Counted from the stretch's first letter, positions 1 through 8,674 are shown. The stretch: DNA of 64,000 nt from Syntrophales bacterium (GCA_035448805.1 DAOTJR010000012.1:1906-65905); one strand, 5' to 3'. Notes: a model not told the origin generated them from the sequence alone. Program-made: numbers and translations.

Positions 1-186
1 TCCTTCGTACGTCGTGCGGACATGGAGGGGGGCAACAGTTCCATCTCTCCGGCCGTGAAAAAATTCTGGATCGGCCGATGTCCCGGCGTCAACAGGAAGA
101 AACGCCGGACTCCTGCCGAGCTCACGACGCCGCTTAAATATCGGCGGGTACCGTCTGGAAAAGGAAGAGACGACGCCTACCGATGC

Positions 187-2763
187 TCATGCTATTTCGA
201 CGCGGTTTCTTCCCAGAGATTTCGCCCGGTACATGGCCTGATCGGCGGCCTTGATCACTTCCTCCAAGGTTATGCCGTCATCGGGGTAGGCGGCTACCCC
301 CAGGGAAATCTCAGCCTGCAAGACGTTACCGTCATAACCGGTCTTGATTTCCGCAAAAGCGCGCCGCAATTGGTCCGCCCGCGCCGCGGCGATTTCCTTT
401 CCCGCCTTGGGCAAAATCAGCAGAAACTCTTCGCCGCCATACCGGCAGGCGATGTCCTCGGCCCGGATAACCCCCCCCAGGAGGGTGGCCAGGGACTGAA
501 TAACGAGATCGCCGGCCTTGTGTCCGTAACGGTCGTTTATCCTTTTGAAACGGTCGATGTCGATCATGATCGCCCCGATGGCAAACCCCTCCCGGTGGGC
601 CCGGGACAGTTCCCTGTCGGTGCTTTCTTCGAGGTATCTGCGGTTGTACAGTCCCGTCAGCGGGTCACGGATCGCCTGTTCCTTGAGTTTGATCTGCAGT
701 TGCTCTATCTGGTGATAGTTGTTTTTCAGCAGCAGGTGGGCCTTCTGTAATTCGATTTCCTGGCGTTTGCGCTCGGTGATATCGTAGAGGGCCGTCAGGA
801 TAACCGGTTTTTCGTTATAGATCATCGGCATCGGGGTGGAAACGACGGTGACGTGCGTGCCGTCCAGACATCGCAAATTGAACTCCAGCGACGGCACGGG
901 CCGGTTTTCCGCAACCATGGCCCGTTCCCGTTCCCCGATGGCGGCGAGCAACTCCGGGGCGACGTAATCCGTAATGCGCAGGCCGATAACCTCTGCCGGG
1001 GCGGAGGCGCGAAATAGTTTCAAGAAGGCCTGATTGACGTAAATGATGCGCCCTCTGTTATGGATGAGAACCGCCACCGACAGGGCTTCGATCAACCGGT
1101 TGAGCTGCGCCTCGCTTTTCCGCAGCGCCTCCTCCGCAAGCTTGCTCCGGGTGATGTCCTGGCGGGAAATCCAGATCCGGATCAGCCGGCCGTCTTCCGT
1201 ATGGCCGATCATATTGTTCAGAAAATACTTGACCGTTCCGTCTCTCGCCGGGGTTTTTGTTTCCACCCCGGAAAGTTTGCATCCATTCAGGAGAAACTGC
1301 CGGAGAAAACCGACAGTCTCTTTGGAAAGGCGGGGATAGACCTGCCCGATATGGAAGCCGGCCATCGCCTCCTGATCGTCGTAACCGTGGTCGACGGCAA
1401 AGAGCCGGTTGCATTCTCCGATCACGGCATGTTGGTAGAGCAGTTCGATCTGCCTGTCCGGGGGCAGCGCCAGGTCGATGCCCGCGCCTGCTATTTCGAA
1501 GCGGCATATGGCCTCCGAACTGTTGGTCACAAAGGCCTGGTAACGATCCCTGCTCAACCGGAGTTCTGCTTCCGTCTGCCTACGTTCCTCTTCCTTGGCC
1601 CGCAGTTTTGCCGCCAGCTCGTCGAATGAACGGGCCAGTTGGCCGATTTCCCCGCCCGGGGAGCCCATGCCGGTGCGGGCGGTGAAATCACCCTGTTCCA
1701 GGCGCCGTGATGTTTCCGCGAGGCGCCGGAGTCTTTTAGCGATCAGATTGTTTCCCAGGAGCCACGCGGCCAGGACGGCGGCGAGCAGGGAGACCCCCAA
1801 AAGCGTCATATTACGGTATAAATTCCTGCGGGTCGCGGCCATTATCTGCTCCCGGGGAATGCCGACCCGCAGATAAAGATAGGGGGATGCTTCGCCGGGA
1901 AGGTAGAAACGTTTATAGGCGAAAAGGCGATGGACACCGTCGGCGCCGGCGGCTTCGAATATCCCCTCTGCCGGCCCGGACGATATTTCCTTGACTATTT
2001 CCGGCAAGTCGGCCTTTCCGGTGTACTCTTCCCGGTAGGGATGACGGTAGAGTCTTATATGCGAGCGGTCGAGGAGGTTGATCGTGGCCCCTTTGGGGAA
2101 ATTCGGCAGCGCCGCAAAGCTCTGCCCGTATTTTTCGAGATCGAGACTTACGGCGACCACGCCCTGCAGCCGGCCGTCGGCGGTGACCAGCGGATATGCA
2201 AAAGGCAGGACCGCCCGCTGGGAAACGGGCCCGACAATATATTCCCCGGCGGCAAGTGTCCGTTTCTCGAGGGCGTGCTGAAAATATTTTCTTCCCTTGA
2301 TGACGACCTTTGGGGCGGGCAGGGCACTGGCAAAAACCATCCCCGCGCGATCGGCGGCGTAAATGTTGGCATAGAGGTTGTTGTCCCGGAGGAGCTCGCG
2401 GAAAAGTGCCCGGCACGCGGGGGCGTCCTGCTTGACCACGGCGGGCATTCTTGCCAGGGTCATGAGGAATCTGCCCGTCATTTCCACGGTGCTTTCGTGT
2501 TCATTCGCCAGGCCTTGCATCACCCGGAGGATATCGCTGCGGGCGTTTTCCAGATCCTGGCGCTGATGTTCGTAATTCGCGTAGATGAGAATGCTCAGCG
2601 GGGGGAGCATCGCCGCAAAAATCAGCAGGAGGAGCTGCATCCTGATCGATTTCAAAAAGGGGTTTTTCAAGGTAGACCTTTCAAAAATCAGTTGCGCATC
2701 ATCCGGGAGGGCTTCATTTTCCACGTCCGCCCTGATATTATTCGGCAGGCCGGTAAAAAGCAA
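187..2763 (-). CDS. Membrane-anchored diguanylate cyclase (TM-Cache-TM-HAMP-PAS/PAS-GGDEF); true start probably ~30 codons downstream of 2763
   Basis: C-terminal DPLTGLYNRR...MIDIDRFKRINDRYGHKAGD...RYGGEEF; RxxD I-site (RAED) 5 residues before GGEEF; two hydrophobic segments flanking an extracytoplasmic domain; HAMP-like GEIGQLARSFDELA. Confidence 0.93.
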   Translation of the reverse strand: MLFTGLPNNIRADVENEALPDDAQLIFERSTLKNPFLKSIRMQLLLLIFAAMLPPLSILIYANYEHQRQDLENARSDILRVMQGLANEHESTVEMTGRFLMTLARMPAVVKQDAPACRALFRELLRDNNLYANIYAADRAGMVFASALPAPKVVIKGRKYFQHALEKRTLAAGEYIVGPVSQRAVLPFAYPLVTADGRLQGVVAVSLDLEKYGQSFAALPNFPKGATINLLDRSHIRLYRHPYREEYTGKADLPEIVKEISSGPAEGIFEAAGADGVHRLFAYKRFYLPGEASPYLYLRVGIPREQIMAATRRNLYRNMTLLGVSLLAAVLAAWLLGNNLIAKRLRRLAETSRRLEQGDFTARTGMGSPGGEIGQLARSFDELAAKLRAKEEERRQTEAELRLSRDRYQAFVTNSSEAICRFEIAGAGIDLALPPDRQIELLYQHAVIGECNRLFAVDHGYDDQEAMAGFHIGQVYPRLSKETVGFLRQFLLNGCKLSGVETKTPARDGTVKYFLNNMIGHTEDGRLIRIWISRQDITRSKLAEEALRKSEAQLNRLIEALSVAVLIHNRGRIIYVNQAFLKLFRASAPAEVIGLRITDYVAPELLAAIGERERAMVAENRPVPSLEFNLRCLDGTHVTVVSTPMPMIYNEKPVILTALYDITERKRQEIELQKAHLLLKNNYHQIEQLQIKLKEQAIRDPLTGLYNRRYLEESTDRELSRAHREGFAIGAIMIDIDRFKRINDRYGHKAGDLVIQSLATLLGGVIRAEDIACRYGGEEFLLILPKAGKEIAAARADQLRRAFAEIKTGYDGNVLQAEISLGVAAYPDDGITLEEVIKAADQAMYRAKSLGRNRVEIA

Positions 2764-2847
2764 GAAAATTGAGCTTATTCAGGTTTCATTTTCGTGCCTC
2801 CGGGTGCTGCGCGGGGATGAGTGGTTTTAACAGGAGCGTCAGAAGAA

Positions 2848-2877
2848 CGCCCCTGACAGGCAGTGCCGTCAGGGGCG
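2848..2877 (-). terminator. Putative intrinsic terminator after the 30-aa small ORF
   Basis: CGCCCCTGAC-N10-GTCAGGGGCG perfect 10-bp stem, followed by TTCTTCT on the minus strand. Confidence 0.6.
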
Positions 2878-2929
2878 GGTAGGGAATGGGAATGAACGGG
2901 GCTGGAGAGGGGATGGGTCGGCCTGCTTA

Positions 2930-3022
2930 TTACGGAACACCTCCATTTTTGAGGCGCTCGAGAATATAGGCCTCGGTAACCTTCAACTCTTTGATGTCTT
3001 TCTTTTCTTTTGCTTTTTGCAT
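2930..3022 (-). CDS. Small protein, 30 aa (MQKAKEKKDIKELKVTEAYILERLKNGGVP), not in ORF track
   Basis: AAGGAGAGCAAACC-ATG Shine-Dalgarno context, tandem TAA TAA stops, downstream hairpin. Confidence 0.6.
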   Translation of the reverse strand: MQKAKEKKDIKELKVTEAYILERLKNGGVP

Positions 3023-3054
3023 GGTTTGCTCTCCTTTCTTCTCCTCTTCGCACT

Positions 3055-3255
3055 CTATTTGTTGAGATCAGCCCGGCCGTGATGGCCGGTCTCGTTTTTC
3101 TGCAGAGGTTGCCAGGATGCCGTTTTTGCTTCTTCCCCATCTGACAGCCAGGGCATCCAGCACATCCATTCGGGGCAAAGGCAGGTAATAGGCGTTTGCT
3201 TTCCGAGTTGCCGGGGAGGAAAGGATATCGTCTTCTTTACATCCCCGGTTGTCAT
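3055..3255 (-). CDS. Hypothetical 66-aa protein (Cys/Trp-rich core CLCPEWMCWMPW)
   Basis: GAGGAGG 10 nt upstream of ATG; just downstream of a sigma70-like promoter. Confidence 0.4.
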   Translation of the reverse strand: MTTGDVKKTISFPPRQLGKQTPITCLCPEWMCWMPWLSDGEEAKTASWQPLQKNETGHHGRADLNK

Positions 3256-3289
3256 CGATTGTTTGCCTCCTCAATTCATTTTCGGCGCT

Positions 3290-3318
3290 ATACTAATCCG
3301 GGAGAACTTTCCCGACAA
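3290..3318 (-). promoter_or_regulatory. Putative sigma70 promoter TTGTCG-N17-TAGTAT with an inverted repeat (CGGGA-N6-TCCCG) overlapping the spacer
   Basis: Read on the minus strand; 17-nt spacing; upstream of the two small ORFs. Confidence 0.4.
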
Positions 3319-3572
3319 TCAGGCTCAGGATGAATATCAGCCGGGAAAAGGGATTGGATAGCCGTAAGAATAGAGGTAGTTGCCGCTCGGTGTTTGTCTG
3401 ATGAAAATATTGACCGGCAGTGAGACCTGGTCCAAAGACTGACAAATGCCGAACCCTACAGACGGAGTCATATCCTCGTTATGCAGATAATAAGGCCGGC
3501 GATTATGAGGGATGCTGTCTCCTGCAGAAGGGTAGGGGGAAAGGTATGACCTGCCGAAGATGATGCAGAAAG

Positions 3573-3604
3573 AGAAAGGCAAGGTGTCGCCACCTTGCCT
3601 TTCT
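3573..3604 (-). terminator. Intrinsic terminator of the CoA-transferase gene
   Basis: AGAAAGGCAAGGTG-TCGC-CACCTTGCCTTTCT perfect 14-bp stem ~30 nt after the stop codon. Confidence 0.8.
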
Positions 3605-3635
3605 GTCGTAAAAAATTTCGCTGTTTCCCTGCGTC

Positions 3636-5183
3636 TCAGTCGCTGAGCTTGGCGATCTCCTTGGGCAGGAACTCGAGATCCATGTAGCCGTACTTATGGT
3701 CCTTCAGGGCTTCGGGTGTCGGGAACCGACGATCCGGGGCGTTGGTGAACATCCAGTGATTCAGCTTGATGCCCAGCTTTTCCACGGCCGCCTGCTCCAG
3801 GGCCGGACGATCATCGGGATGGGCGATGGAGATGATCTTCCTCGCCTTTTCGGCATCGGTGCAGCCCATGATGTTGACGATGCCGTACTCGGTGCAGATC
3901 CAGGTGACGAGCTGATCGGGGACGGTCACGGCACTTCCCGAATCCAGCGCCGTTACGAAGCGGGAGCGCCCCTTGGCGTCGCGGGAGGTCGCCGCCAGAA
4001 TGGCCCGGCCGCCTCTGGCCATCATGGCGCCCAGGGTGAATTGGAGCTGGCCGCCCGTAGAGGAGATGGGCCGCCCGCCGACATTGCCGGCCGCGTTCAC
4101 CCCTCTGAGGTCCATCTGGGCGAAGTTGTTGACCGTCACCATGTTGTCGAGCTGGGAGAGGCTCACGATGTTGTTCGTGTAGCCGATATCGTAACCGGCG
4201 AACTGGGGATTGCGGTGCACCCACTCGTAGTAGCGGGGGGTGTCCACGGGCATGATGTAGGCCCAGCCGCAGCGGCCCTTGTCGATGGTTTTCATGGAGT
4301 TGTCCACGACACCCGCCTCGAGGAGGGTAAAGGCGTACTCGCCGATCATCTCGCTATGGACGCCCAAGTGCTTCAAGCCGTGATCGCGCATACCGAGGAC
4401 GACGGCCGTGGGGAGGGCGCCGATGCCGACCTGGATGCAGTCGCCGTCGCGCATGATGGAGACGCAATTGGCGGCGATGGCCTTCTGGATGTCATCCGGC
4501 TGGATGTTCTTCTCGGCGATGTAGGGCCACTGGTACTTGGGATCATCCACATCCACCTCGATGAAATAATCCACCTCGTCGATGGGGAGGAGCATGCCCC
4601 GGCCGCCTTCGCACCAGGCGTAGTCGGAACGGATTTCACAGACGAATTTCTTGCAGGATTTGGCGGTGATCATGAAGTTGTTCACGCCGTAGCTGGCATT
4701 AACATAAGAACCCTGAGGAACGGCGATAGCCTGGACGCCCCAGTCCATGGCGCGGTCAGCGCGGTTCTTCCGGTAGAAGCGGGCGTATTCGGCATCCATG
4801 CCCAGGGCCCAGCCCCAGTGCTTCCAGTCCACACCCTTGTAGCCTTTGGTCATCAGGCCGCGGGTGGTGGGAAGGATGAAGGCCTCGTGAAGGACGTGGT
4901 ATTTCCCCTCCATGTCGGCGGCGGCGCAGAAGCCGTTACCGCACATGATCGCCTGGTTCCAGATCTCGATATTTTTCAGGTCGCCGGGGCCGTCGCCGAG
5001 TCTGGCCGCCAGGGCTTCCATCGTCACGAAGGTGTCCGAGCCGGGACCGCCGCGGTTGATCCAGTCACCGGACTTTACCATATCGGCCCACTGTTTCGCC
5101 GTGATGGTCTTATCCCTGAGCTTCTGCTGCACCGGGGTTGGCATCCAAATTTTTTCTTTGTTCTCAATCTTTTGTTGCGGCAT
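3636..5183 (-). CDS. Acetyl-CoA hydrolase/transferase family CoA-transferase (4-hydroxybutyrate/butyryl-CoA:acetate CoA-transferase-like)
   Basis: DCIQVGIGALP, HLGVHSEM (catalytic Glu kept), ISSTGGQ, CTEYGIVN, IISIAHPDDR; start set at ATG 5183 after GGAGG. Confidence 0.9.
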   Translation of the reverse strand: MPQQKIENKEKIWMPTPVQQKLRDKTITAKQWADMVKSGDWINRGGPGSDTFVTMEALAARLGDGPGDLKNIEIWNQAIMCGNGFCAAADMEGKYHVLHEAFILPTTRGLMTKGYKGVDWKHWGWALGMDAEYARFYRKNRADRAMDWGVQAIAVPQGSYVNASYGVNNFMITAKSCKKFVCEIRSDYAWCEGGRGMLLPIDEVDYFIEVDVDDPKYQWPYIAEKNIQPDDIQKAIAANCVSIMRDGDCIQVGIGALPTAVVLGMRDHGLKHLGVHSEMIGEYAFTLLEAGVVDNSMKTIDKGRCGWAYIMPVDTPRYYEWVHRNPQFAGYDIGYTNNIVSLSQLDNMVTVNNFAQMDLRGVNAAGNVGGRPISSTGGQLQFTLGAMMARGGRAILAATSRDAKGRSRFVTALDSGSAVTVPDQLVTWICTEYGIVNIMGCTDAEKARKIISIAHPDDRPALEQAAVEKLGIKLNHWMFTNAPDRRFPTPEALKDHKYGYMDLEFLPKEIAKLSD

Positions 5184-5659
5184 ATTTAAAATCCCTCCAT
5201 AATAAGAATTAGGAAATTGATCGAGCAGTATGTCGATCCGGTTAGTGTGTCGAACAAAGACCTCGTCCAATAAGGCAAGCTAAAACGTCCGCATCCGGAA
5301 GCAGTATCCCCCCTTTCTGTATTGATTTGGCCCGACTCCGACGAATGGTCATCCTGAAACCAAAGCAATGTTAACTATATACGGCTGATTGGCCCGAAGA
5401 CAAAAATAATGGTTCGCGGCCGCCTCACCCGGCAGACCCCGGCGACGCCGGGGCGATAAACCATAAACAGTTCGTGTCTGTTTTTGAATTTGAAGGATGG
5501 GCTTTATTAAACCGGATGACCTCATATGTCAAGGGAAAAACGGCTGAAAACGATAAAGTCGTTGAAGAAAAAGACTTATTGTCCTATACTCCCGGGGTGT
5601 AAATAGAAAACATCATTAGTTTCAACCAATTATAATATGTGAGTTCAAAGGCGGGCACC

Positions 5660-6208
5660 ATGGCGAAGTTATTTGTCTTTTCCGGCGATGACACTTCCAT
5701 GCGTCTGGAAGACGGCGCTGGATTGGGAAAAGGATTCGAACTTGCGAAGATATTGCCCCTGATGGAAGAGCATCGCCAAAGCGAATACCTGCGAAGTCTT
5801 TACCCTTTGGGAAAATGTTACCTCTGGGGTGCCCGGGCCACCGGCGGCAATCTGTCCGTCTGGCTCGACATGGCGGCGGACGATCTCCTTCTGGGGTATC
5901 GGGGAAACACAATTTTTTTGGCGGCCCGCATCCTGGCAAAGATGAACGCACCGCGACTGGCGGCCCGGGTCTGGGAGAATGACGCCGCCGAGCCTTTTTC
6001 CCTGTTGTGTTTCTTGGCTGAACCATATGTGGGAAAGGTGACGATCGTTCCACAGATGTTGCGATACGTAGAGGAATATTGTTCCGGTTTCCAACAGTTA
6101 TCCGCGGAAAAAAGCGCTTGTATCGTCAGCGACTATGGATCTCTGGAAAACTTTGTCCGGCTTTGTCTGGGCTATGACTTTCCATTTTCATTCCGGCATT
6201 CCGATTAA
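5660..6208 (+). CDS. Hypothetical protein, possibly PUA/EVE-like
   Basis: Intact ORF (GTG 5639 or ATG 5660); YLWG...W..M...D.LL.Y pattern resembles EVE/PUA-like domains (from memory, weak). Confidence 0.6.
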   Translation: MAKLFVFSGDDTSMRLEDGAGLGKGFELAKILPLMEEHRQSEYLRSLYPLGKCYLWGARATGGNLSVWLDMAADDLLLGYRGNTIFLAARILAKMNAPRLAARVWENDAAEPFSLLCFLAEPYVGKVTIVPQMLRYVEEYCSGFQQLSAEKSACIVSDYGSLENFVRLCLGYDFPFSFRHSD

Positions 6209-6508
6209 ACACAACTGCGGTTCGTTGCCGTGGCTGTAATTGTTCAGCGACTAATGCCCATGCGGCGGCGGGTTATCATGAAGTAAATCAGGGCGTATCT
6301 CCTCCCGGATGATACATTACAAAACGAACGCCCATGACCGAAGCGGGGACAACGGTACATGAAAATAATCGTTAACTTGCCGACATTTTCAGGTAAATGT
6401 AGCAAACATGACGCGAATGGATTGCCTCCCATAAACAGAAGAGATTTTGCGGAACCGGGGCCGGTAAGGCCAGTACTTGAGAGTTGAATTGATACCGGAG
6501 AAGAAACG

Positions 6509-8422
6509 ATGATTTTCAAGAGCTTTATGCAGACAAAGAAAGAGGAGCCCGACTGGAAGCGCCGGGTGGTAAGTGCCGCCGATGTTCTGGAAAAAATCGA
6601 ACCGGGCATGTCGATATTCCTCGGGACCGGCATGGCCGAGCCAAGGACCTTGGTCAGGCAGCTCATGGCTTCGATCCAGCCGAATCTGCAGGATCTGGAA
6701 GTGATCCAGCTTGTAAGTCTCGGGGACGCCGTGGCAATCGATGAGCGTTTTGCGAAAAAATATCGTTTGAAGACCTTCTTTTCGGGATGGGTGGCCGGTG
6801 AAGCGATTTCCCAAGGGAGGGTAGATCTGATCCCCAGCCGCTTTTCCCGGATTCCCTGGCTTTTTCGTTCCGGGGCCATCCAGATCGATATGGCCTTTAT
6901 CCAGATCACGCCGCCTGACGAAACGGGCTACTGCAGCCTGGGCTTGGGGATGTCCGTAGAACGCCAGGCGATGGAAAGCGCCGCCATTGTGATCGGAGAA
7001 ATCAATCCTGCGGCTCCCCGCACCCTCGGTGACACCCTGGTGCACATTGATGAATTCGACGCCCTCATCGAGGGGACGGAGTCCTTCTTTTACGTGCCCC
7101 GCTGGCCCCTGGACGAGGTTTATATGAAGATCGCCGGTCATCTGGCCACGATAGTCGAAGACGGGAGCTGTATCTCCTTTGCCATCGGCCCCCTCTATGA
7201 AGCCCTGGGAAAGCAATTGATAAACAAAAAACATCTCGGTATTCACTCGCCTTTTTTCACCGATGCCCTGATGGATCTCGTGAAAAGCGGGGCCGTGTCC
7301 AACCGCAGCAAAACGGTGTTCCGGGGGAAATCGGTAGCTTCCTACATCCTCGGCACGGAGGAACTCGTCCACTGGCTTGACAGAAACCCCCTCGTGGAAT
7401 TTCAACCGATCGACGTGGTCCTCAATCCCAAGGTGATCGGCCGGAACGAGAGGGTGATGGCGATCCTGCCGGCCCGCAAGGTGGATCTGACCGGCAATGT
7501 GGCATTGCATATGGGCAAGGGAAACGTCACCGCCGGTCCGGGAGCCGTCCAGGAATTGTTCATGGGGGCCGCCATGTCCAACAATGGCCGGACTGTTTTC
7601 GCCCTCCCCAGTCGCAACCGCCAGGGTGAAGCCAATATCGTGGTTTCCGTGGCGCTCATGCCCTATCAGTTTTCCAACCGCGAATCCCTGGATATCGTCG
7701 TGACGGAATACGGGGTCGCCTATCTGATGGGCCGGACCCTCCGGGAGCGTGCCCTGGCCCTCATCGACATTGCCCACCCCGATGATCGGGCGGATCTTTT
7801 CCGGCAGGCGAAAGAGGCCAGGATGATCTATGCCGACCAGATATATTTTGCCGACTCCGGCCATCTGTATCCGGAAAAGGTGAGTTGCACCCACACCTTC
7901 AAAGACAATTTTCCGGTGCGCTTCCGGGCGATCAAGCCTTCCGATGAAGACGAGATGCGGCGTCTTTTTTACCGTTTTTCCGACCAGGCGGTTTATTACC
8001 GCTATTTCAGTCCCATCAAGGCGATGCCGCACAAGAAGATGCAGGAATATGTAAACGTCGATTACCGGCGCGTGATGTCCATAGTCGGTGTCATCGAAGA
8101 ATCGGGACGGGAGAGGATCATTGCCGAAGCGCGGTATGTCCGCGATCAGAACCGCCCGGCGGCCGATACCGCCTTCATTGTCGATGAATTCTGTCAGGGG
8201 AAGGGAATCGCGTCCTTTCTCTTTTCCCTTTTGGCGAAAAACGCCCGTGAAGAAGGGATCGAGGTATTCACCGCCGATGTCCTGGCTGGAAACAAGGCGA
8301 TGCTGCGGGTTTACGAAAAGGCGGGTTTTCCCATCAAGGCCGTCCTGCAGTCGGGGATCTATGAACTGACCATTCTCCTCCGGGAAAAGGTCCCGGAAGC
8401 CGACCAGGAGCGGGGAGACTGA
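6509..8422 (+). CDS. Acetyl-CoA hydrolase/transferase domain fused to a C-terminal Pat-like GNAT acyltransferase (paralog 1)
   Basis: N-terminal IFLGTGMAEP, RVDLIPSRFS, VVTEYGVA, IDIAHPDDR; C-terminal FRAIKPSD...YYRYFS...QGKGIAS...ADVLAGNKAMLRVYEKAGF. Confidence 0.9.
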   Translation: MIFKSFMQTKKEEPDWKRRVVSAADVLEKIEPGMSIFLGTGMAEPRTLVRQLMASIQPNLQDLEVIQLVSLGDAVAIDERFAKKYRLKTFFSGWVAGEAISQGRVDLIPSRFSRIPWLFRSGAIQIDMAFIQITPPDETGYCSLGLGMSVERQAMESAAIVIGEINPAAPRTLGDTLVHIDEFDALIEGTESFFYVPRWPLDEVYMKIAGHLATIVEDGSCISFAIGPLYEALGKQLINKKHLGIHSPFFTDALMDLVKSGAVSNRSKTVFRGKSVASYILGTEELVHWLDRNPLVEFQPIDVVLNPKVIGRNERVMAILPARKVDLTGNVALHMGKGNVTAGPGAVQELFMGAAMSNNGRTVFALPSRNRQGEANIVVSVALMPYQFSNRESLDIVVTEYGVAYLMGRTLRERALALIDIAHPDDRADLFRQAKEARMIYADQIYFADSGHLYPEKVSCTHTFKDNFPVRFRAIKPSDEDEMRRLFYRFSDQAVYYRYFSPIKAMPHKKMQEYVNVDYRRVMSIVGVIEESGRERIIAEARYVRDQNRPAADTAFIVDEFCQGKGIASFLFSLLAKNAREEGIEVFTADVLAGNKAMLRVYEKAGFPIKAVLQSGIYELTILLREKVPEADQERGD

Positions 8423-8438
8423 AAAAGCTTGCAAAAGG

Positions 8439-8468
8439 GCGAGGTTTAGGTTAAAGCCTCGCTTCTTT
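8439..8468 (+). terminator. Putative intrinsic terminator
   Basis: GCGAGGTTT...AAGCCTCGC stem followed by TTCTTT. Confidence 0.55.
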
Positions 8469-8522
8469 GGGTATATTGTTGACAATCTTTGTGTCAATGC
8501 ATATATAGTCTGTGGCTTTTCG

Positions 8523-8609
8523 GCGAGAGTGGCGGAATTGGCAGACGCACTGGACTTAGGATCCAGCCCGCGCAGGCGGTTAGGGGTTCAAGTCCCCTCT
8601 CTCGCACCA
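8523..8609 (+). tRNA. tRNA-Leu (TAG)
   Basis: GCGAGAG acceptor stem, GGCGGAATTGGCAGACGC D-arm, CTGGA-CTTAGGA-TCCAG anticodon arm, long variable arm, GGTTCAAGTCC, encoded CCA. Confidence 0.97.
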
Positions 8610-8674
8610 AATGACCCTGCCGGGATCAACATTACAAGGTGAAGGAGAAGACAGGAACGGTGAGTGAAGGAAAC

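Noticed and set aside
1-44. Possible minus-strand gene start (ATG at 44 or 23) running off the window edge
   Set aside because: Too little sequence; GGAGAG abuts the first ATG, so support is weak
22-750. 242-aa plus-strand ORF and other long antisense ORFs (e.g. 3696-5189, 6389-8497, 11960-14674, 36616-38466, 52330-53559)
   Set aside because: They are shadows of well-supported opposite-strand genes; long antisense frames are expected in GC-rich DNA and show no recognisable motifs
3337-3471. 44-codon minus-strand ORF (MTPSVGFGICQ...) after a GAGG
   Set aside because: SD spacing is short and the sequence has no recognisable features; cannot be told from chance
5184-5640. Long leader of the CoA-transferase, with a CCCCGGCG/CGCCGGGG hairpin and two TTGGCCCGA copies; checked for riboswitch or sigma54 signals
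   Set aside because: No c-di-GMP, SAM, cobalamin or TPP consensus and no properly spaced GG-N10-GC promoter recognised
6244-6485. Short ORFs on both strands between the orphan gene and fusion paralog 1
   Set aside because: Weak RBS context and no motifs
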